Shown here piece by piece: positions 54,605 through 64,000 of a stretch of 64,000 bases of DNA. The DNA comes from Octopus vulgaris. Its lineage: Eukaryota. The stretch's first letter is position 1; each line of letters begins with the position of its first letter. Where the stretch lies: positions 55,614,001 to 55,678,000 of the forward strand of contig OX597828.1 in NCBI GenBank assembly GCA_951406725.2, given 5' to 3'. The notes beneath the pieces were generated by a model, which was given only the letters and a program-made list of their open reading frames with translations, searched no databases and was not told the origin of the DNA. A program made the position numbers and the translations under genes.

Positions 54605-55077
54605 AGTTGGAGTCAACTAGGAGTACAGTTGAATATTTATTTGTAATCACTACAACTGTTTCGATGCAGCACAGTTCTACAGGCTTGTAGTTATTTGGTT
54701 ATGTAACCTTTCCCTGCATTATGCGGTCTAGTTGTGTTTCTTCAAGTGATATGAAATATTGTCGCTGTGAACTCAAATTCTCGATTCTAAGTACATCATT
54801 TCTATCTGATATGGCCTACGCGTTAATAGTAGCCACTGAATGTATCAAGAAATGTTTTGTGGATAAAAGTCTATTGATAAGCTGTTTTCAATGTATGTAT
54901 GGGGTGGGGCTGGTTGAACTTGATTTTTTTGTACTGTTGATATATTCTTCGTGGTTTGTTACACTTGTGATTGCCCTTTATGACCAAATACCTTCAAGCC
55001 TGGAGAACTAGGTTGCGTGGAAACAATTGCAGTTATTACAAATAAACTTCCAACTGTACACCTTCTTCACTCCAACT
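54605..55077. mobile_element. Fold-back PLE terminal structure with 58-bp inverted arms and a degenerate HHR
   Basis: Arms 54605-54662 and 55020-55077 (10 mismatches); minus strand ATCAC-TTGAAGA…CTGCATC-GAAAC-AGTT-GTA-GTGAT over 54646-54750. Confidence 0.65.
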
Positions 55078-55232
55078 AATTCATTTATCTATTCACATAC
55101 CACAGAAGTCACAGCACATATCAAGCAGCTCGTATTATACTACTACTGGATAGCACCGGGTGAAAACTGAACATGGATGAGCTTTATACTGTACACTACT
55201 ACGTTCTTAACAGAGTATAACATAAAAAATAC

Positions 55233-55310
<78 letters not shown>

Positions 55311-55340
55311 GTCTGTCTATATATCTATTTATCTATCTAT

Positions 55341-55412
<72 letters not shown>

Positions 55413-57319
55413 ATACATACATATACTTATATATGTGCGTGTGTGTGTGTGTTACATATATATGTATATATATGTATATATACATACATACATACATACA
55501 TGCACATACACACACGCATGTATATATGTGTGTGTAAAATATATGTATATTTATACATACATGTGGTGAATGTGTGTATGAGAGAGAGAGAGTGTGTGTC
55601 ATTCTAACTTCTTCATTTCCTCTTTTTCTTTCTTTGTCGTTATACATAGAACTATCTGAGGGTAGGGGACCCTTTCTGCAGTATCTCCTTCTTATTTCTT
55701 TTTTCAATTTCTGGAATTCATATAACTCATAAAGCCATTTGTGTTTTACTCACTTTAATCTAGTCCTTCCCACCACTAATTCTCGTTAATCTTCTCATTA
55801 TCTCCAGTTCATCAATCTCTTGTTTTTCTCTGAAATAATTTTTCACCTTCCGTTTTATATTAATTATATCTGTTAAACATTTTAATTTCCTACAATTAGC
55901 TCAGACATAGTAATGCATACACAGGCACCTACACAAAGACACATAAAAAGAATTACAACAACTCACGCTGACTCAGAAATATGAATATTTGTGTAAATAC
56001 ACAGACAGTGAGACATAAACACACATTTTGAGTAGACGAACACACATACAAACTCAAGCATAAACACAGAATTAAAAAATAGCGATACTTTACATACATA
56101 CTATGAAGTACAAACTTGCATGCTTGATTGATACACATTCGTATACACATTTTATTCAGGCACTGTACACTTGCAGATGCCAATAAAGAAGAACAAAGAT
56201 ATTTTCCCATTACACAAACTCATTCCCCACCTCCACAAATCGATCAGTAGAAAAGCGCATTCCACTAGTGTGAATTCACCAATAAGATAACAACCTACAC
56301 TTTCTTGAAAACTGCGGCGAAGTTTGGACGGTGGATAGTTACCGTTTTACAACAGGTGGGCGATGAAAATTTTTATTGAAAAGCTTTGAAAACAAACTAA
56401 CGAAACCCACGCACAAATATCGCGTATTCACTTGAAGTGTTTGGTGATTTTGCCAAAACGGAGGAAAATAGAATTATAAAAGCTTTCAGTCTTCTCTCTC
56501 TACGATATTGACAGGAACACTTTTACAACTAAACATAACATTATCTTTTGTGACATCGAATATAGATATTAATTCACATAAATAAAAGTAACTACAGCGA
56601 CTAAACATCTGAGAATCACACACACATACACACACACAAACACACACACAAATACACACACACAAACACACACACATACACACACACAAACACACACACC
56701 TTAAGTTCAGTTATTATATAGAAATGTATAGATATTATTCAGTCGTGCTTGCGAATTACCAAAAATCATTGTAATATTAGTTCTGAGGTTTATTATTATT
56801 ATTATTATCATTATTATTACTATTATCGTCGTGCGAACAGCGAGCCACTAATCAATTAATTCATTCATTTATTCATTGATACATATATATATATATATAT
56901 CATATGAACCGATTCTAACAGCTCAATGAGAAGTATTCAGTGTTAGAGCTATTACAGCAATTTGAAAATTGAAAAATTTAAAGAATTCCTTTGCCGGTAT
57001 TGGAACTGAATAACACCATAAAAAAGAAAAGATAAAGAATACAAATACAGCAAAACCAGGAAGATTTTTTCTTTTCTTTGTATTTTCACTCCAAGTGAAC
57101 TTGTCCTGTCTCTATTTGTTGATAAGTACGGAAAGAATTGTGACGGATCTTAGAACGGGAAAAAAATAGAAAGAAAGAAAAAGGAAACCACAGTTTAGGA
57201 AACCAGGTGACAAGCTAGAGAAACACTACATTAGCAACTTTTACATTATACAGTAACTGTTTAGGCACTGTGACATTTCGACTGATTTCACCGTAACCAA
57301 AAAAAAAAAAAGAGGAACA

Positions 57320-57408
57320 ATGCCTTTTGGTTCATTCGCTGAATTTAAGGGCCGAATACTGTACCCTCCAACAGAAGCTGCCCAATTTGCTAAGCTATCA
57401 TTCCAAAG
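57320..57408 (+). CDS. Candidate short coding exon of the host gene (MPFGSFAEFKGRILYPPTEAAQFAKLSFQ + AG, phase-2 donor)
   Basis: AACA-ATG start context, 29 stop-free non-repetitive codons, strong donor AAG|GTAAGT, in unique sequence; product not recognised. Confidence 0.6.
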
Positions 57409-58007
57409 GTAAGTTCTGTTCAGTTTTGAGTTGATGTCTCTTTATATCTATAAACTGTGAGATTTGCATATCTGAATATCTACATTTTACGTATTGCTTG
57501 CACTATAGAACCTTCCTCAAATCAGCTGTTGACTGAAGATCGCATCGATTTCCATGCCCTCCGACATTATCCATCCCTCCAACAATATTGGGCAGTGTGG
57601 AATCTTTCCTGGCAATGTTTGGGTTCTTTTGGCTTACACTCTAACTAGCATATACTCTGCTTTAAATCGTGCGGTCACCAACCCTCAAACTAAGTGTATA
57701 CATATCTTATTTGGGACAACATTTCAGCGAAAGTTAGTCGCTTATACCAAAGTTTTGACATGTGTAGATAATACGTTTTACTGAATACAAAATGCAAATA
57801 AGCGTTCGCATTACAAATACATATGTTCATACACACGCGGTACGAAGGCACACAAACATATAAACACACAACACATACGCACACATTTTACACGTTCTCA
57901 CACACATTCTTTATTTGAGTTAAAATTTTACAATGTATTTACTGAACCTCACCTTATTAGCACCAGTTGGAATGTATAGCTTACAGATTATCTACTTTTC
58001 TTAATAT

Positions 58008-58338
58008 CACGTGATCACGTGACCGTTCAGGCAATCAGAGGTTGCTACATATCGCTGGTTACAATGCGCTTCGCATTGTTTTAGCCATCAAATAATGCTA
58101 CCCCGCTGGCTAAGCGAGCAGGTCAACAGAGCTAAGCAAGCAGGCCAACAGAAGAAAGAGTGAGAGAAAGTTGCGGCGAAAGAGTACAACAGGGATCGCT
58201 ACCACCCCATGACGGAGTCTCGTGGAGCTTTAGGTGTTTTCGCTCAATAAATACTCGCAACGCCCGGTCTGGGAATCGAAACCACTATCCTACGACAGCG
58301 ATACCGCTGCCCTAACCACTGGGCCATTGCGCCTTCAC
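58008..58338 (-). mobile_element. SINE family B head with a third type of tail, 14-bp TSD
   Basis: TSD ACTTTTCTTAATAT at 57994-58007 and 58339-58352. Confidence 0.88.
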
Positions 58339-58799
58339 ACTTTTCTTAATATACATTGCAAATATACACATCTCAGACGACCATACATCCATACAACACG
58401 CAACAAGCCTATTCACAACTTTCATGTATTACATCCCGCCTACGATATTGGTCAACTCAGAGATACTTGTCCAAACTGCCGCCCAATGAAATACAGTATA
58501 GTACCAATACTTGCATTATTCATTAAAACAATAAAAATAAGGTATTTAACCGAAAAGTTTCGATTGAAGGAACTCAACCCAATTATAAATATCCATCTCT
58601 TTTTGAAAAAAATAGATGGACTTTTGACTTACAAATTATTCTTAGTAATGTAAATTACACGAAAATTCCTTTCAGGTGAGAATCGTAACTGTGTCCTTGA
58701 GTTAACTAGCTAAGCTCTTGATCGAAGACTGTTTTCGAAATAATTTAGGACATAGAATCAATTGTTTGACATGCTTTTATAATGAAAAGTTTAAAAGTG

Positions 58800-59505
58800 C
58801 AGCCATGGATGTGTGGTTAAGAAGCTTAGGGGAACTGAACCACATAGTTTCGAGTTCAGTTCCCCTTCGCGGCACCTTAAGGGAGCCTCTTTTAGTAGAG
58901 CTCCAGGCCGACAAATGCCTTATGAGTGAATTTGATCGGCGGAAACTGTGCAGTAGCCAGTCATATGTATATTTGTATGTTTTCGAGATGGTATTTGACC
59001 TCACTGCTTGGTAACAGGTGTTGGATTGTTTACGTTCCCATGAATTAGTTGTTTGGCAGAAGAGACTTTAAAGATAAGTACTAGGATCAATTTATCCGAC
59101 TAAATCTTTGAAGGTGGTGCCAATCATAGACGCAGTCCAATGCCAAATAAAAGTTTCAGAAAAAATAAAAAAGAAGATATATAAGTAATGAGTTGATACT
59201 GATTTATGAGAAGATGATTTTAAAACTCTTGAATGTAATTTCCCCATTTTAATAGAATTGTTTACAAGATTTGAAAGTATACATAGTCTCGTATGCATTT
59301 ACTAACTATATCCTGTTCATCTTTGGTTGCGTTGATTAGCCTGCATTGTTGAAGATTGGTTCTCAACCACATGGTTCTGGATTGAGTCCAACTGCGTGGT
59401 AATTTAGGCAAATGTCTTCTTTTGTAGTTTCGAGCCAACCAAAGTCTTGTGAGTGGTAAACGGAAACTAAAAGAAGCCTGTATCTTAACGGAAAGAAGCC
59501 CACCG

Positions 59506-59563
<58 letters not shown>

Positions 59564-60182
59564 TATATACATTTATATTTGTATGTATTTGTGTATCTGT
59601 GTTTGTCCCCATCATCGCTTGACAACTGCTGTTGGTGTGTTTGTATCCACGTAATTTAGCGGTTCGGCGAAAGTGATCGATCGACTAAGTAGTAGGATTA
59701 CAAACAATACATCCTGGGGTCTATTTGTTCGAGTAAAGGCGGTGCTCCTGCATGCCCGCCGTCAAATGTCTGAAACAAGTAAAAGAATATTACTTATATG
59801 AGAAACAAAACCATTTCTGCATGCTTGCAAAAGAAAACCAATTCTGAGCATCAAAAGAATATCATGGCGTCAGTCGTGTTTCGAACATAAGCTACTCAAA
59901 TGGCAATGATATTTCAGATTTCAGATTACCAAAAGGGAAATTTAAAATTCAAATACAGAAATACAGCGCAAATGAATTACGCCACTTCAAAAGCGCAAAG
60001 GTGTAAAAGTTAACTCGCATGAGATGCAAAATTCATAATATATGTACAATATGACGTTTACTGCGTAGTTCATTCCTGAAGTAAAATTTCTGCCGAAATT
60101 TATGTACAGGAATAATTTGAAAGTGTTAGCCTACCGAATGGTTATAATGAAACGCCAATATTTTAACATACATAGCAAGGCT

Positions 60183-60243
<61 letters not shown>

Positions 60244-60870
60244 AATATTAAATTTCTAAATATCTCATAGATATATATATATCTATGTCGATTTGCTCGA
60301 CTAAAGGCGGTGCTCCAGCATGGTCGCACTCAAATGACTGAAAGAAATACAAGAATAAAAAATATGTATATGTATATATATATATATATATACATACGTA
60401 CACCTTTTAATCACTTATCGCTTGCTTATTTCGGTCATTCGATCTGGGCCATTCTGGGTCTCGGCCTTGAAGAATTTTAGTCGAATTATTCAGTCCTTGT
60501 ACTTTTCTTCCCACGACTGGCACCTATTTTACCAGTCGTCTTTGGCGGTGTCGCTTGGTTACGAGTACGTAAAACATCAAACAGGCTGTCAAACAGTAGT
60601 AAGGAAAAACGCAGATACAAAGACATGCCCACGCATACATACACACACACACACACACATAAATGTATGTACGTATGTATGAATTTATATAACGGGCTTC
60701 TTTCAGTTTCCGTTTTAGAAATCCATTCAGAAGGCTTTGTTTGGCCAAAGACTATAGTAGAAGACACTGAAATTATATACTACAAGTCACTTCCCAACCA
60801 CATGGATCCAGGTTCAGTCTCACAGAGGGGATTGAACCTGGAACCATGTGGTTGGAAAGCAGACTTCTTA
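58800..60870. mobile_element. Cluster of SINE family D copies (58800-59175 +, 59355-59790 +, 60285-60360 +, 60420-60870 -)
   Basis: Family D head, core and tail motifs. Confidence 0.75.
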
Positions 60871-61533
60871 CCACAATTCTACACCTACAGAGAATATATG
60901 CATTCTCTTTCTTGCTCATATTTTATCACCAATGCTACTCTTCTCAGTCAATCAATCATACGATATTAATCATCAGTGTGTTCAATAATTATATATTTGT
61001 CTGCTCTCGGTTCTCATTCTCGCCTCGTGTTTATTAAGAATATCTCTAAAATGACAACGAATGATATTGCTGTATATCATTTTGAGAACTTATGATATTG
61101 TCTATAAGAAAGTTAATGAGTAAGTCAGCACCAGTTCATAGAATGGTGCGATTGATTACTCGTGTGCAACAGTTCATCAGTCTGTTGCACGAGGCTTCTG
61201 TTCGACCATTGGGGAAATCCGATCTTCATCTCAGTTCGGTTAAGTGCACACTCGCATGTATATATATACATATGTATGCATATGTGCATATATAAAAATA
61301 TGCGAGTATATACATATATGTGTGTGTATGTCGGTATGTATGTGTATATATATGTATATATCTATGTATGTATATATATATATAGAGAGAGAGAGATCAA
61401 TAAATGGTGGGGTTGTGTTGACCGCACGTGGAGAAATGATAAGCAAGGAAAATTTTTTTAAAAAATGCAGAATGCCCAAATGAAAGAAAATTTTAATAAA
61501 ATGAGAAATTGATAAAATATATAAATATATATT

Positions 61534-61574
61534 TATTCAACCGGTTTTCGTCATTGTATGACTTGTCAAGAATA
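61534..61574 (-). ncRNA. Minimal hammerhead-like motif with U3-A8 covariant core
   Basis: Minus strand TATTC-TTGACAA-GTCAT-ACA-ATGAC-GAAA-ACCGGT-T-GAATA; stems I and II perfect; one extra A before stem III. Confidence 0.6.
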
Positions 61575-61658
61575 TTTATGTTAAAAAAGTTTTTTAAAAA
61601 TTAGAAAGGGGGAAAAAGAGAAAATTGCATTGTTATATATATATATATATATATATAT

Positions 61659-61860
61659 AGGGAGAGTTTATGAAAAAAACAAAAGTCGAAGACAGGTGGT
61701 GTACAAAACAAACAGATGTATTAGTATAACACTCAGGAATAGAAAAAGTCTTTTACGTTTCAAGCCTACGCTCTTCTACAGAAAGTGACACAGAAAAAAC
61801 AAAGAGAGAGAGACAAGGAGAGAAAAAATGTCTGTAGTGGCTAATGATCTATCATGGCGA

Positions 61861-61864
<4 letters not shown>
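61659..61864 (-). mobile_element. ~185-200-bp PLE-derived HHR element, copy 5
   Basis: Flanked on both sides by (TA)n; shares terminus atcatggcgactga with copy 3. Confidence 0.8.
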
Positions 61865-61925
<61 letters not shown>

Positions 61926-61929
61926 CTGG

Positions 61930-62290
61930 CGCCACGGCACTAGCATGAGTGTGTTGTGGTAAGGAGCTTGCTTTTCAACCACAAAGTTCCAATTTCTGTT
62001 CTAGTGTCTTCTATAGCCTCGGGTCTAGTGAGTGAATTTCGTCTCTGGAAATTGAAAGAAGCCCATCGGTTAGATATGAATATACATCAGTGTGGCTGGT
62101 GGGGATGAGTATGTGTCATTGTGACAGCATTTGTCCTACACCGCCTCTTGACAACTGGTGTTGGTGTAGTTTATGTCCTTGTATTCTAGCGGCTCGGCAA
62201 AGAGGACTGATATAATAAGTTCCAGATGTGACGAAGTTGAACTTGAGGTCCCTTTAGGTCTCTGGGGGAGACTTGGAGTCAATTTGTACA
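61930..62290 (+). mobile_element. SINE family D, degenerate
   Basis: tgtggtaaggagcttgcttttcaaccaca…gtgtcttctatagcctcggg…cttgacaactggtgttggtg. Confidence 0.65.
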
Positions 62291-62566
62291 AATAGAAAGC
62301 AAAACCCAAACATATGATAATAGTAATAATAATAATAATAATCACATAATAAATATCATAATCACAAATAATAATAAATTGTAGTTATATAACTTTTATA
62401 TGATATAAGTATGTGCTTGTATATATATATATATATATATATAATCTGATATAGGATAAACATTTTTGAAAAAAATTTTATCAATGACCAGCATATTAAA
62501 AAAAATACCTTTAAAGGTTAAATTTTATAAACAACTTATAAACAAGGGCAAAAAAAAGTTACAATA

Positions 62567-62809
62567 CCAAATATGTCGAAATATAAACTTAATCGTCAAT
62601 AACCATATAATGTATCACTATTAGCACGCGTCTGGAAAGTATTTATTGCCGATGACGAGAAAATTCTAAATGAATTAACTCAGAAATTGGGACCAATCCG
62701 ATAATAACGAATTTTTCAGAAATTTCTATCGGCTTACTTTCGAGACGCGTGCTTATAGTGATAAATTATATGGTTATTGACGAATAAGTCTATATTTCGG
62801 CATATTTGG
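62567..62809. repeat. ~240-bp fold-back element (~75-bp near-identical inverted arms)
   Basis: ccaaatatgtcgaaatata…gcacgcgtctggaaagta vs tactttcgagacgcgtgc…tatatttcggcatatttgg; pairing continues inward (gccgat/atcggc). Confidence 0.85.
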
Positions 62810-62945
62810 CATATATACATATACACACACACACATATGCATATAAAGCAAACCTAATGAAAAACAGTAAAGCAAAAATATCCAAAGGGATGTTCATACG
62901 TGTATTTTTAGGTACTCGCTCGAACTAGAAAAACATATATAATAG

Positions 62946-62978
62946 TATAACGTTTCGGACACAGTCCTTCGTCGGATA
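62946..62978 (-). ncRNA. Minimal hammerhead-like motif with U4C core
   Basis: Minus strand TAT-CCGACGA-A-GGAC-TGT-GTCC-GAAAC-GTT-ATA. Confidence 0.55.
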
Positions 62979-63477
62979 ATAGAGATCCATTCATGGTAGA
63001 TTGTTAGGAGATGAAAGGAGATAAACAGGGAGAAGAGAGATTGGATAAAATAAACTTCGTGGGATAGGTTTACATGTTCGGCATCTATCTAATCTAATTA
63101 GAAGTGCGATAGAAGATAAGCCAATGCATGTCCCCCAACACTTTGATACACACAAACGTACACACACTGACACACACGTATATAAAAGATTGTATAATAA
63201 GATATATCATATATGAATGTATATATACATATACTAATTTGCATTTATATTAATTTCTACATAGTAATTTCGCTTTAAAATGTTCATTTTTTGACTATTT
63301 GCAAGCACATTCTACTGCCATGTGAACATTTTGTGAGAAAGTGGTCCTAGGAAATATAAAACGTAAATTGAATGTCTTTGAGACTTCAATTCTTTTAAAA
63401 ATATAACAAAAATGATATAGCTTGAATGTTTTTTGACACTTCAATCCTCATAAATGTATATTAAAAATAAACTCCCA

Positions 63478-63650
63478 CATCATCATCATCATCATCACCA
63501 TCACCATCGTCATCACCATCACCATCCTCCTCCCTCTCCTCCTCGTCATCATCGTCGTCATAGTCGTCATCGTCGTCATCATTATCATCATTATCATTCA
63601 AGGGAGCATCAACAATATCAAGCCCAACAAAAGAACAGTAACGAAACTTC

Positions 63651-63715
<65 letters not shown>
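63478..63715. repeat. (CAT)n and (GA)n microsatellites
   Basis: Direct read; source of the poly-His/poly-ER ORF. Confidence 0.95.
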
Positions 63716-63718
<3 letters not shown>

Positions 63719-64000
63719 TCGGAATGTGTATGGAATCGTCTCGCGATAAGCACGAACTATTCAAAATAATGAAAAAAAGGAGCAATAACTATTTAACATA
63801 ATAATCTACAAAGTAAATAAAGAAAAATAATAGACTAATGAGTGGGTTACTTATATGGTCATTCACTTTACTAGAAATAGCAAACAACATTTTTTTGTCT
63901 CTGCTGGTCTATGTTTGCCTTCAGTCAAACTGATTCCCTCAAGAATCACATGTCATGAGAGACAATCAAGGTATCTTTACGAGATCACTTGGTCTGACAT

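Overview
AT-rich eukaryotic (animal) genomic DNA that is almost entirely non-coding. The SINE families and extreme microsatellite density point to a cephalopod, probably Octopus (inference). Nearly all ORFs in the track are microsatellite or SINE artefacts. Supported content: (1) dozens of tRNA-headed SINEs in at least 4 families, several with exact TSDs, including a dimeric form and head/tail-swapped forms; (2) decayed coding fragments of an L1/Tx1-type LINE, R4/Dong-type LINEs, a mariner transposase and two Penelope-like (PLE) GIY-YIG endonuclease ends; (3) about 11 hammerhead-ribozyme (HHR) motifs tied to PLE terminal repeats, some with non-canonical cores (A6U, U3-A8, U4C) or very long stem II, often in (TA)n tracts or fold-back structures; (4) on the + strand, a short coding exon candidate (57320-57408) and a textbook recursive-splice-site candidate (CAG|GTAAGT, 15367/15368), suggesting the window lies within giant introns of one host gene. 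Coordinates were read by eye, and repeat boundaries without TSDs are approximate.
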